Origin: a candidate division WOR-3 bacterium
GTDB taxonomy: Bacteria > Hydrothermota > Tepidihabitantia > SM23-42 > JAOAFX01
Direction of reading: 5' to 3'
Assembly: GCA_037444665.1 (NCBI GenBank)
Contig: JBBILZ010000005.1
Span: forward strand, 1-64,000
DNA length: 64,000 nt
Both the position numbers and the translations under genes were made by a program. Below are positions 19,610 through 29,201 of the stretch, piece after piece; position 1 is the stretch's first letter, and the number at the start of each line of letters is the position of its first letter. The notes below the pieces were generated by a model. The model did no database searches and was not told where the DNA came from. It saw only the letters and a list, made by a program, of their open reading frames with translations.

Positions 19610-20182
19610 ATGAAAAATATTCTTTGCTTATTGATTCTTTTTGCGGTCTTTGTTTTTGGCCACAAGATTAATATCTTTGCTACAGTTGAGGGGAACAGGG
19701 TCTATACCCAGTCCTATGCGAGTGATGGGGCAAAATTAAAGGGTGCGGTAATTGAGGTTTATGATAAATCAGGCAGTAAACTTATTAGTGGCAAGACCGA
19801 TTCTCTGGGCGAATTTTCTTTTGTTATTCCCAAAAAGGATGACCTGAAGATTGTGGTCATAGGAGGAATGGGGCATCGGGCAGAAACAACAATCAGTGCT
19901 GAGGAATTACCCGAAATCAAGCCCGCTGTGGTAAAAAAAGAAACCAAACCCACTACTGAGAAAGAAGTTGTGCCTAACAAAGAGGTTATGTCCATTGATA
20001 CATTACTATTAAGGCAGACTATAGAAGATGCTCTGAGGAGCCAGCTCCACCCAGTTGTCAAAATGATTGCAGAACAAAAACAAGAAAAAATTTCTTTTAC
20101 CGAAATCATTGGTGGCATCGGTTATATAGTTGGTATCATTGGAATTGCGATGTTCTTTATGTCAAAAAGAAAGAATGTTTGA
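19610..20182 (+). CDS. CbiL/NikL-like accessory component
   Basis: Signal peptide, HKINIFA, GHRAE, C-terminal TM GGIGYIVG; operon context. Confidence 0.75.
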   Translation: MKNILCLLILFAVFVFGHKINIFATVEGNRVYTQSYASDGAKLKGAVIEVYDKSGSKLISGKTDSLGEFSFVIPKKDDLKIVVIGGMGHRAETTISAEELPEIKPAVVKKETKPTTEKEVVPNKEVMSIDTLLLRQTIEDALRSQLHPVVKMIAEQKQEKISFTEIIGGIGYIVGIIGIAMFFMSKRKNV

Positions 20183-20930
20183 AGAATATCTGAAAGGTAA
20201 TTCAATCATTCATAAGCTGGACCCAAGGGTAAAGCTCTTCTTTGTCCTGTCTCTATCCATTGCCATTGCCCTGAGTAACAATTTCGGTGCGATAACCTTT
20301 GGTCTTTTGATGGGTATCATCATAATCCTCATTGCCCGCATAGAATTCAGGCAGATTGTAAAAAGGTTGGTTGTAGTAAATGAGTTTATTCTTTTACTGT
20401 GGATTATTCTACCTATTAGTTCTCCCGGGAAATCGCTCTTTGACATCTTTGGTCTCTCGGTATCCTATGAGGGCGTAATATTAAGCCTTTTTTTGACATT
20501 AAAATGCAATGCCATTATGCTCATCTTTATTGGATTGGTTGCAACATCTTCTATCTTTGAGATTGTCCATACACTGCGCCATTTTTTTATTCCTGATAAA
20601 CTTGTTGTTTTATTATTTCTTATATATAGATATTCCTGGGTAATTTTTAATGAATATGAAAAGATAATAAAAGCAATCAAGGCACGAGGTTTTAAGGCAG
20701 GAACATCATTGCATACCTACCGCACAATTGCCTATCTGATTGGAGGTTTGCTGGTAAAGAGTTATCTTAGAGGTGAAAGTTTATACCGGGCAATGCAGTC
20801 ACGCGGATTTCAGGGGAAGTTCTGGTTACTTGACCACTTTCAATTCTCAACCCGTGATACACTTGCCTGTCTCATATTGACAGTTGCTAATATTTTGATT
20901 ATTTTAATACCATGGAGAATAAGATTTTAA
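20175..20930 (+). CDS. cbiQ: ECF transporter T component
   Basis: IHKLDPRVK, ARGF and SRGF motifs. Confidence 0.92.
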   Translation: MFEEYLKGNSIIHKLDPRVKLFFVLSLSIAIALSNNFGAITFGLLMGIIIILIARIEFRQIVKRLVVVNEFILLLWIILPISSPGKSLFDIFGLSVSYEGVILSLFLTLKCNAIMLIFIGLVATSSIFEIVHTLRHFFIPDKLVVLLFLIYRYSWVIFNEYEKIIKAIKARGFKAGTSLHTYRTIAYLIGGLLVKSYLRGESLYRAMQSRGFQGKFWLLDHFQFSTRDTLACLILTVANILIILIPWRIRF

Positions 20931-21577
20931 TCAATTTAAAAGATATTTATTTCGGCTATCCAGATTCTATCCAATTATTTAATGGACTCAATCTTACTGT
21001 GAAGAGTGGTGACAGAGTGGGTATTGTTGGTCCTAATGGCTGTGGTAAGACAACGCTCTTCAACATCATTATGGGTTTTTCAAGGCCGGAAAAGGGTTCA
21101 ATAGTTATTTTTGGTAAGGAAAGAAAGGAAGAAAAAGATTTCTTTGAGGTGCGAAAGAAAATTGGTTATCTCTTTCAAAATTCAGATGACCAATTGTTTT
21201 GCCCAAGTGTTCGTGAAGAAGTAGCATTTGGACCATTGAACTATAGATTGTCAAAGGATGAGGTTGAAAAAAGAATTGTGAATTCTTTGAAAATTGTGGG
21301 GCTTGCAGGATTTGAGGAACGTGCTCCTTATCACCTCTCTGCCGGCGAGAAGAAAAAACTTGCGATTGCGACCTTGCTGGCAATGGAATCAGAGGTTTTA
21401 CTTTTTGATGAACCGACAAACGAGCTTGACGAGCCTGGCATAAGGAGTGTGATAGAAATTTTACACAATAATTTCACTTACCTGTTAACCTCACAGGATT
21501 TAAATTTTCTGAAAAAAACAGTGGATATTATTTACACAATTGATAACGGGAGATTAAAGGAATTTAGTATTCATTAA
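20912..21577 (+). CDS. cbiO: ECF transporter ATPase
   Basis: GPNGCGKTT, FQNSDDQLF, LSAGEKK, DEPT. Confidence 0.93.
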   Translation: MENKILINLKDIYFGYPDSIQLFNGLNLTVKSGDRVGIVGPNGCGKTTLFNIIMGFSRPEKGSIVIFGKERKEEKDFFEVRKKIGYLFQNSDDQLFCPSVREEVAFGPLNYRLSKDEVEKRIVNSLKIVGLAGFEERAPYHLSAGEKKKLAIATLLAMESEVLLFDEPTNELDEPGIRSVIEILHNNFTYLLTSQDLNFLKKTVDIIYTIDNGRLKEFSIH

Positions 21578-22859
21578 TTATTTTCAGGAATAGATCAACA
21601 ATCTGTCCGTCAAGTTGCTTATCTTTTACCGCAATAATTTCTTTTATTGCTTCTTCTTTTGTTTTTGCTGAACGGTAAGGTCTTTCAGAAATCATTGCGT
21701 CAAATGTATCAGCAACCGCAATAATCCTTGCCAGTAAAGGTATCTTCTCTTTATCCAGACCCTGTGGATAGCCTTTTCCATCAACCCGTTCATGATGTGC
21801 ATAGACAATGTCAAGAATCGGTTGGAACTCACTCACATTACTCAATATCTTTTTACCTAAGATAGGATGGTTTTCAATATATCTTTTATCTTTATTATTC
21901 AGGGGTTCTTTTTTATTTAATACACCATCGGGTATGCCGATCTTACCTATATCATGTAAAAGGCATGCCTGTTTTAAAAATTCAATATCCTGCTCTGGAA
22001 GGTTTAATTCCTGTGCAATCTTTACTGCGTAATCAAGAACGCGTAAGGAATGACCTGCAGTATACTCATCTTTGGCATCAAGGGTTTTGGCAATCAACTG
22101 GACAAATTCTATAATACTTCTATGCTGCTTCATAATCAATTTTTCAATCTCTTCCTTAGATTTATTCAAACTGGCAAAGACCATAGAATATTGTGATAAA
22201 AAAGACCAGGCAAAAGTGATAATAATAACAAAGAGCCCTAATATAAACGGGTCGTGGATATTAAATATTAATGTTTTATTTAATGCTGTGCCTAAGATAT
22301 CAATAAAACCAATGATAAGGGCAAAGATAGAACCGATAACCATCGGTAAAATATTGATAGATTTTATCTCCCGATTTCGCACATTTTTTATTACTTCAAA
22401 AAAGATAAAGGCGAAGAAGATAATAGCGACAAAAACGATAGTGTATAATAATTCGGTTTTGGCAGGTCGCAATACACCCTTAAAATTAATAATTCTTTCA
22501 GTCACTAATAGGTCTGTTGAGAAGGTTAATAATACAAGTACCAGAGCGGTTATTCCTGTAATAATGCTAAAATTACGAGAGTGCTTTATATCAAACAGAG
22601 AATACATAAAATGGGGAAAGGTAAAGATAAGGGTAAATATTGATGCAAACATGAATTTATTCCAGAAGATAAGAGAATTATTGCTTAGATTGAGTAGCAA
22701 AAAATAACTTGATAATAGGTATCCTGTTGCAGAAAGGAAAAACAATGCTGCATATAAAAATTTACGGTCAAAATTATTTTGTAAATAGAGGTATAATAAA
22801 GCAAGAAATACTAAAAGACCGGTAAAAAAGAAGCTGAAGGTCAATTGAATCAATAACAT
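21564..22859 (-). CDS. Membrane-anchored HD-GYP phosphodiesterase
   Basis: About 7 N-terminal TM segments; HDIGK, HHERVDGKGYP, RPYR. Confidence 0.92.
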   Translation of the reverse strand: MLLIQLTFSFFFTGLLVFLALLYLYLQNNFDRKFLYAALFFLSATGYLLSSYFLLLNLSNNSLIFWNKFMFASIFTLIFTFPHFMYSLFDIKHSRNFSIITGITALVLVLLTFSTDLLVTERIINFKGVLRPAKTELLYTIVFVAIIFFAFIFFEVIKNVRNREIKSINILPMVIGSIFALIIGFIDILGTALNKTLIFNIHDPFILGLFVIIITFAWSFLSQYSMVFASLNKSKEEIEKLIMKQHRSIIEFVQLIAKTLDAKDEYTAGHSLRVLDYAVKIAQELNLPEQDIEFLKQACLLHDIGKIGIPDGVLNKKEPLNNKDKRYIENHPILGKKILSNVSEFQPILDIVYAHHERVDGKGYPQGLDKEKIPLLARIIAVADTFDAMISERPYRSAKTKEEAIKEIIAVKDKQLDGQIVDLFLKIINEY

Positions 22860-22940
22860 AATTATAATCTATAAAAATTTTGACATTTGTCAATAGCAAA
22901 ATTTAACTTGACTTTGTTCTTGTTTTGACTAAATTCATAT

Positions 22941-24008
22941 ATGTTTTTTATTGTTTTTTTGGCAGTCGTCAGTATTAATGATTTTCGGGGAATCTGGATA
23001 CCGAGATGGTCAATATCAGATAATAAAAAAATTTTTGATGTGATTGACAATAATTTTAATCATATTTTTCTACAGATTTTTGGCAATGGTGAGGCATACT
23101 ATGCATCTAAAATAGCACCTTGCAAAATCGCTGATGACCGCTGGCTAAAAGAATTTTTGAAAGAAGCACATTATCGGGGTATAAAAGTTTCTGCCTGGCT
23201 CAATGTATTCTATTCCTGGGGTTATAGTTCTGTGCTTGATAACAAAAAACATCCTTTGAACTTTGCTTATGATTGGTATGTTGTTGATAAAAATAAAAGT
23301 TCAATTGTTCATTATGATGTTGAAAAACTTAAATCCTTAGGCATAGAAGGTTATTATCTCGCTCCTGCAAATCCGAGTGTCAGGATTTATCTGTTAAAGA
23401 TTATTGAAGAGATTATCACTGAATACGATTTTGATGGTATCCACCTTGATTACATTAGATATCCAGGTGGAGATTTTATCTATGATATTTATCTTCGCAC
23501 CCGTATTCAAAGAAAATATTTTTACGACCCAATAGAACTATTAAATGATTCATTAAAAATTAGGCTCGGTATCAGGGGCGTTGATAATATGCAGGAAATA
23601 TTCTGGGATATGGTGAGGCAGGACCTTACAGAATTTATTGTTCAGATTAAAGATAAGGTAAAATCTATGAACCCTAATTGCCTTGTCTCTGCTGCAGTCA
23701 AACCTGACTATGTGAATGCGCGCAATGACTATTATCAGGATTGGCTCACCTGGGTGAATAACGGGCTGGTTGATTTTGTCTGTCTTATGGCTTATACAAA
23801 TAATATAGAACCGATTATCAAAAAAACACTCAATCATGTTAATAATCCAGCAGCTGTTACCATCGGTCTGGGTCTGTACAATTGCACTCCAGAGACCATA
23901 ATGAGACAGTTGGAGGTTATTGAAAAGACGCCATTTGCTGGTTTTGTATATTTTTCTTACCCTCAAGTTAAAGAAAATAGGAAGTACCTTGAATTGTTAA
24001 AAAAATAA
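22941..24008 (+). CDS. GHL10/DUF187 glycoside hydrolase-like protein
   Basis: FRGIWI, YDFDGIHLDYIRYP, QDWLTW, MAY motifs. Confidence 0.87.
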   Translation: MFFIVFLAVVSINDFRGIWIPRWSISDNKKIFDVIDNNFNHIFLQIFGNGEAYYASKIAPCKIADDRWLKEFLKEAHYRGIKVSAWLNVFYSWGYSSVLDNKKHPLNFAYDWYVVDKNKSSIVHYDVEKLKSLGIEGYYLAPANPSVRIYLLKIIEEIITEYDFDGIHLDYIRYPGGDFIYDIYLRTRIQRKYFYDPIELLNDSLKIRLGIRGVDNMQEIFWDMVRQDLTEFIVQIKDKVKSMNPNCLVSAAVKPDYVNARNDYYQDWLTWVNNGLVDFVCLMAYTNNIEPIIKKTLNHVNNPAAVTIGLGLYNCTPETIMRQLEVIEKTPFAGFVYFSYPQVKENRKYLELLKK

Positions 24009-24033
24009 AAAAGATAAAACTGATTAATATATG

Positions 24034-24213
24034 TTATTTTTTCTTATAAATGCGGTATTTTTTCATTTTGCGGAAGAGTGTTGAGCGGTCAATACCCATA
24101 ATCTTGGCAGCATCACTGATATGCCAGTTGACTGTATTCAATATTGTTACAATATACTTTTCTTCTGCTTTTGATTTTATCTGCTTTATGTTCGGTATCT
24201 CTGTTTTCATCAT
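24034..24213 (-). CDS. Stand-alone Fis-type HTH protein (59 aa, absent from ORF track)
   Basis: MMKTEIPNIKQIKSKAEEKYIVTILNTVNWHISDAAKIMGIDRSTLFRKMKKYRIYKKK; SD AAGGAG upstream; NxxxAAxxxGIxRxTLxRK pattern. Confidence 0.88.
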   Translation of the reverse strand: MMKTEIPNIKQIKSKAEEKYIVTILNTVNWHISDAAKIMGIDRSTLFRKMKKYRIYKKK

Positions 24214-24466
24214 ATAATATCTCCTTTTTTATCAAGCACCAAAATGAGCCCACTGCTCCGTCCCGATGGGACGAGAGTCCCTTCGGGAAATTGGGCAACT
24301 ACATTGCTTTAATTCCCATTCTTAGAATGATTAAGCTACTACATTAAGCCATTCAAATATAAGTTGGTCCATTCTATTAATTTAATATAGGGCGGAAGTG
24401 CTTAAAATTTTTTATACTCGGTTCCTCCACACTTTCCGCCCATTTACTCTACCCTGGATACTAATA

Positions 24467-24482
24467 TGCAAAATTCGTGCCA
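24467..24482 (-). promoter_or_regulatory. sigma54 (-24/-12) promoter TGGCACGAATTTTGCA
   Basis: Exact TGGCACG-N4-TTGC consensus, oriented toward the Fis-HTH gene. Confidence 0.85.
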
Positions 24483-24570
24483 GGTCAATAATGACATGCC
24501 AAATATAAAAAGTCTCGTAATTTCAACACTTTTTATTAAAAACACTAAACAGAGGTCAGTGTTGTCCACA

Positions 24571-24695
24571 AATATTGTTGCATTTTTGCAACAATTGGAC
24601 TGGAACCATACAATCGTATTTCTTACACAATTTCATTGAGTTTGTGGATTTGTTCTGAAGACGGTAAAAGTATGTTGCAAAAATGCAACAATATT
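24571..24695. promoter_or_regulatory. Two palindromic enhancer-like sites TGTTGCA-N4-TGCAACA (24576-24593, 24673-24690)
   Basis: 24571-24593 and 24673-24695 are exact 23-bp inverted copies; about 100 and 200 bp upstream of the sigma54 promoter. Confidence 0.78.
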
Positions 24696-24872
24696 CTCGT
24701 CGTAGCATCCCTTCACCATATGCACACATCCACCCAAATATGAACCGTACATATTAATAATTTTTTAAGTATGAAAATTATTTCATGGTGGATGCTGTGC
24801 CTTCGCTCTACTTTTGCCTCTTGACTTAATATTTTTTTAAGATATAATTATTATTGTCTAAGGAGGTTTTTG

Positions 24873-25880
24873 ATGCATAGATTCTGGACACTGCTCCTTT
24901 TTGTTGCTTCATTTGCTGGAGCAGCACAAAGACCGGGCGCAGTCTTTTTGTTGATATGGCCCGGCGCACGCGCAACTGCTATGGCAGGTGCTTTTTCTTC
25001 CATAGCTGACGATGCCACTGCTTGCTATTATAACCAGGCGGGTTTGGCATTTTTTGATAGACAGAGTATAACTCTTCAGCATGCGCCCTGGTTATCTGGT
25101 TTACAACAGGGAATGTATTATGAATATGCAGGATACACCAAACCAATAAAGAATGGAACATTTGGACTCAATCTCATTTACCTTACTACAGGTCCCACTG
25201 ATGTTATTGACCCGGATGGGAATTATATTGGCACATATACAACATTTGATATTGCTGCTGGGCTCAATTACGGGTTTAAACTTACACAAAAACTCGGCGT
25301 GGGTGCAGGTTGGAAGTTTATCTATTCATATCTTGTTGCACCATGGGTATTTGGTAGATTGCCTTACCTTGGTATTAAAAGTGGTGGCATTGGTATCACT
25401 TATGCATTTGATGCGGGTCTACTCTACAAACCACTAAAGTTTGGCTCATTAGCAGTAGTTCTGCAAAACATTGGACCTAACATCGGTTATACGGAAAGTG
25501 GGGCTTCAGACCCATTGCCTTATACTTTGAGATTGGGTTTGAATATTCAGCCGATCAATTCAAGGGTGATAAAGATACATATTACAGGAGAGATAACCAA
25601 AGTGCTGGTTGGTATGTTTGCCATTCAAGATAATACCTTCTTTGAAAATCTAAAATACGAAATGCAGGAAGCCTGGAAGGGTGCAGGCTTGGAGATAAAT
25701 TACTATGATTTTGTTCAATTGAGGGGCGGATATTTTTATGACTACGAAGGAAAACGAATAGGATTTACCTTTGGTGGTGGTATAAAAGCAGGTGGATTCT
25801 CCCTTGATGTTGGTGTTGATGAGGCAATGTACGAATTTCGCACAACCAACCGTAAATTTTCTCTAAGCTATAAGTTCTAA
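24873..25880 (+). CDS. porV: PorV/PorQ family outer-membrane protein
   Basis: AVFLLIWPGARATAMAGAF...DDATACYYNQAGL; C-terminal F; promoter 24821-24848 and SD AAGGAGG. Confidence 0.85.
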   Translation: MHRFWTLLLFVASFAGAAQRPGAVFLLIWPGARATAMAGAFSSIADDATACYYNQAGLAFFDRQSITLQHAPWLSGLQQGMYYEYAGYTKPIKNGTFGLNLIYLTTGPTDVIDPDGNYIGTYTTFDIAAGLNYGFKLTQKLGVGAGWKFIYSYLVAPWVFGRLPYLGIKSGGIGITYAFDAGLLYKPLKFGSLAVVLQNIGPNIGYTESGASDPLPYTLRLGLNIQPINSRVIKIHITGEITKVLVGMFAIQDNTFFENLKYEMQEAWKGAGLEINYYDFVQLRGGYFYDYEGKRIGFTFGGGIKAGGFSLDVGVDEAMYEFRTTNRKFSLSYKF

Positions 25881-25902
25881 TCAGAGACTTTTATTATAAT
25901 AA

Positions 25903-26871
25903 ATGATACTGCTGACCGGCGCAACCGGTTTTTTAGGAAGGAATTTTGTCTTTGAATACATAAAAAACGAACCAATTAGAATCCTCGCTCGCCGCACATC
26001 TGATATCAGTTGTTTTAAAAATCATCCACGCATCCATATTGTTTATGGTTGTTATGCGGACAGCAAAAACCTTGAACCAGCACTTAAAGATGTTGAAGCT
26101 GTTATCCATTGTGCAGCACGCACTACAGGCAGAAATTTTGGCGAATTTTATGAGGCTAATGTCATTGCTACAAAGAATTTAATTCAGGCGATGAAAAAAA
26201 ATAAGGTTGAAAAGCTCCTTTTTATCAGTTCACAATCAGCCGGCAGCACAACTAATAATGAAAAAATTGTTGATGAATTTAACGCAGAACTGCCCATCTC
26301 ATTTTATGGATTATCAAAAAAAATGGCAGAGGATATTGTAAAAGCATCAGGCCTCAAGTATACAATTCTCAGACCCTGTTCAGTTTATGGACCTTATGAC
26401 CTGGAAATCCTGAAATTTATTCGGTTGCTAAACAAAGGTCTATATCTGGTCATAGGTAATGGCAAAAAATATCTCAGCTTAATTTATGTGCGAGATTTAG
26501 TTCGGTTGATGCAAAAAATTGTTTGCAAATCAATTTTCAATCAGAAACTCTATTATGTAAGCGATGGTCTATGCTATGAATTTGATGATGTTGTGCGTGC
26601 GATATCCCGAATGTTAAATAGACCTTATTATCTGAAAATTAATGTGCCAGAGTCTTTTGCCTTTTTATTTGGATTGCTAAATGATTTATTCTTGCCTGAG
26701 AAGAGGCGATTGATTGGATTTGATAAGGTTCGTGAAATGTCAAAAGATTATTGGGTCTGTCAGAGTAGTTTGATTCATAGGGACATTGAGTGGAAACCAG
26801 AATTTAACTTTAATATGGGTATGGAGGAGACAATAAAGTGGTATAGAGATAATGGTTATCTCGGGTCTTGA
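25903..26871 (+). CDS. NAD-dependent epimerase/dehydratase
   Basis: TGATGFLG, YGLSK, RPCSVYGP. Confidence 0.9.
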   Translation: MILLTGATGFLGRNFVFEYIKNEPIRILARRTSDISCFKNHPRIHIVYGCYADSKNLEPALKDVEAVIHCAARTTGRNFGEFYEANVIATKNLIQAMKKNKVEKLLFISSQSAGSTTNNEKIVDEFNAELPISFYGLSKKMAEDIVKASGLKYTILRPCSVYGPYDLEILKFIRLLNKGLYLVIGNGKKYLSLIYVRDLVRLMQKIVCKSIFNQKLYYVSDGLCYEFDDVVRAISRMLNRPYYLKINVPESFAFLFGLLNDLFLPEKRRLIGFDKVREMSKDYWVCQSSLIHRDIEWKPEFNFNMGMEETIKWYRDNGYLGS

Positions 26872-26902
26872 CGATAAGTCTTTTTGAAATATAATATTAT
26901 AT

Positions 26903-27427
26903 ATGAATAAAGGTATAAATATTCAAGATGATAAATTCCACTGGTATGCCATTTATACCCGTTGCCATCATGAAAGGGCGACCAATAAGATTTTGACTGA
27001 TGCAGGTATCAATACTTTTCTGCCCGAGATCCTGGTACCAAGCAAAAGGCGTGACCGAAAAAAATTGATTAAAAGACCATTATTCCCGAACTATCTTTTT
27101 GTGCAATTGAATAATCTGAGAGAGAGCTGGCTCAGGGTTTATCGCACTTATGGTGTTGTTCGTATCTGTGGAAATGGCAGACCCACACCAATACCTGATG
27201 AGGATATAAATTCAATAAAAATTTTTGTTGAGAGCGACCGTAATATTTACCCTCTATCGTTCCTTGTAGTTGGTTCAAAGGTTAGGGTGGTCTCTGGTCC
27301 GCTTGCTGGTGCAATCGGTGTTCTAACAAAAGAAGACCATAAAAAAAGGAGACTGGTGGTTTCTATTGAATTGATGGGGCAGTCAGTTGCAGTTACACTT
27401 GCCGATGATGAAGTAAGGCCCTTTTAA
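26903..27427 (+). CDS. NusG paralogue (UpxY/RfaH-like antiterminator)
   Basis: WYAIYTR, PLFPNYLFV (NGN domain) and KVRVVSGPLAG (KOW). Confidence 0.9.
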   Translation: MNKGINIQDDKFHWYAIYTRCHHERATNKILTDAGINTFLPEILVPSKRRDRKKLIKRPLFPNYLFVQLNNLRESWLRVYRTYGVVRICGNGRPTPIPDEDINSIKIFVESDRNIYPLSFLVVGSKVRVVSGPLAGAIGVLTKEDHKKRRLVVSIELMGQSVAVTLADDEVRPF

Positions 27428-27433
27428 TAAAAC

Positions 27434-28423
27434 TTAATGATATTTTTTTATACCGATTTTTGTATAGACTTCGTCCATTGTTTTTTGGGCGATTTCCTTT
27501 GCCCTTTTATAGCCATCGTTTAGAACCTCATAAATATAATCTGGTTTTTTAACTAATTCTTTACGCTTTTCCTGAATTGGTTTCAGTCCCTTTGAGAGAT
27601 TTTCTAATAGCATTTTTTTACAATCAAGGCATCCGATACCAGCACGCATACATTCACTACGGCAGTAATCAATATCTTTCTTAGAAGAGAAGGCGAGGTG
27701 AATAGTATAAATATTACAGACCTCAGGGTTGCCTGGGTCGGTCCTTCTTTTTCTATTTGTATCAGTGACTGCCGTGCTTAATTTTTCCCAGATCGTATCT
27801 TTATCTTCATCAAGATAGATACAGTTATTTAGAGATTTGCTCATCTTGTTAACACCATCCAATCCGAGAATCTTTGTGATTGTGCCGAGGTATTCTTTTG
27901 GTTCAGGAAATGTCTCACCAAAATATGAGTTGAACCTGCGCACAATTTCACGGGTCAATTCTAAGTGGGGGAGCTGGTCTTCGCCAACCGGCACTACAAC
28001 CGATTTATAAAGGATAATGTCTGCTGCCATTAATACCGGGTAGTCAAGTAGACCCATATTTACATAATCAGGATTTTGTTGCCTTTTTTCTTTAAATGTC
28101 GGCACCCTTGTGAGCCAGGAGATCGGGGTTATGGTGTTTAAAATCCAGGCAAGCTCAGTATGTTCTGAAACTGTTGATTGGAGCATCAAAATACTTTTCT
28201 GCGGGTCAATACCTGCGGCAATATAATCAACTGCGCAGGTAAATATCCGTTCGTTCATTTCCACGGGATTGAATGGAACAGTCATTGAATGATAATCTAC
28301 AATACCATAGATACACTGATAGTCATCCTGAAGTGCAATCATATTACGCATTGCACCGACATAGTTTCCAATGTGGAGTCGGCCCGAAGGTTGAATGCCA
28401 CTAAAAACATTTCCTTTGCGCAT
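27434..28423 (-). CDS. trpS: Tryptophanyl-tRNA synthetase
   Basis: SGIQPSG, HIGNY, VPVGEDQ, KMSKS. Confidence 0.97.
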   Translation of the reverse strand: MRKGNVFSGIQPSGRLHIGNYVGAMRNMIALQDDYQCIYGIVDYHSMTVPFNPVEMNERIFTCAVDYIAAGIDPQKSILMLQSTVSEHTELAWILNTITPISWLTRVPTFKEKRQQNPDYVNMGLLDYPVLMAADIILYKSVVVPVGEDQLPHLELTREIVRRFNSYFGETFPEPKEYLGTITKILGLDGVNKMSKSLNNCIYLDEDKDTIWEKLSTAVTDTNRKRRTDPGNPEVCNIYTIHLAFSSKKDIDYCRSECMRAGIGCLDCKKMLLENLSKGLKPIQEKRKELVKKPDYIYEVLNDGYKRAKEIAQKTMDEVYTKIGIKKYH

Positions 28424-28494
28424 ATCCAATAATATCTAATTTTTTATTCCAGTCAATATAGTTGACAAAGTGGATATAATGGATAACATTGATA

Positions 28495-29193
28495 ATGTTT
28501 TTGCTTTTATTATTGCTTGCCCTGGCACCCTGTCTTTTTTTGTTGTGGTATTTTATTCATCGGGATAGGTATGAACCTGAACCAAAAAAATATATCATCA
28601 GGATATATCTTTTAGGCGCATTAATGGTCATCCCTGCTGCACTCATTGAATATATTCTTCACCCATTATTTAATCCAACACCTTCAATAATAATCAATGC
28701 CTTCATAATGTCATTTTTCCTTATTGCACCAACCGAAGAATTATTAAAATTCTTTGTAGTTAAAAATTGGATATATAAACAGATTGAGTTTGATGAGATT
28801 ATGGATGGTATTGTTTATTGTGTAGCATCTTCCTTAGGATTTGCGACAGTTGAAAATATTATCTATGTTCTTGATAAAGGCGTGGGGACAGGTATCCTAA
28901 GGGCATTTTTATCGGTTCCGGGCCATGCATTTTTTGGTGCATTAATGGGTTACTATGTAGGCCAGGCAAAGTTCAATAAACCAGCAGAGCGTAAATTAAT
29001 ATTTCTTGGTCTATTCTGGGCAATATTTGTACACGGGTTATATGATTTTTTGCTGTTAACAGAAACCGCCCTTGCTGTGCTGGTAATAGTACTCATCTTA
29101 ACACTCGGATTTTTTACAAAACGCAATCTACAAAAAGCAGAACTACAGAGCAAAATGCGCACAGATAGTAAAATAAGTGAAAAAGATTCTTAA
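28495..29193 (+). CDS. prsW: PrsW family intramembrane protease
   Basis: DRYEPEP, EELLK, GFATVEN, PGHA, HGLYDF. Confidence 0.9.
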   Translation: MFLLLLLLALAPCLFLLWYFIHRDRYEPEPKKYIIRIYLLGALMVIPAALIEYILHPLFNPTPSIIINAFIMSFFLIAPTEELLKFFVVKNWIYKQIEFDEIMDGIVYCVASSLGFATVENIIYVLDKGVGTGILRAFLSVPGHAFFGALMGYYVGQAKFNKPAERKLIFLGLFWAIFVHGLYDFLLLTETALAVLVIVLILTLGFFTKRNLQKAELQSKMRTDSKISEKDS

Positions 29194-29201
29194 ATTTAAT
29201 A

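Noticed and set aside
22072..22707. 211-aa antisense ORF (also 9121-9639, 17570-17989 and other short shadow ORFs)
   Set aside because: Antisense shadows of hydrophobic or conserved genes; no start signals or motifs.
24248..24297. Hammerhead ribozyme or known riboswitch
   Set aside because: Three-stem shape but no CUGANGA/GAAA core or recognisable aptamer motif; looks REP-like.
24113..24347. ORF-track entries 24113-24298 (-) and 24144-24347 (+)
   Set aside because: They overlap the better-supported Fis-HTH gene in other frames and have no recognisable features.
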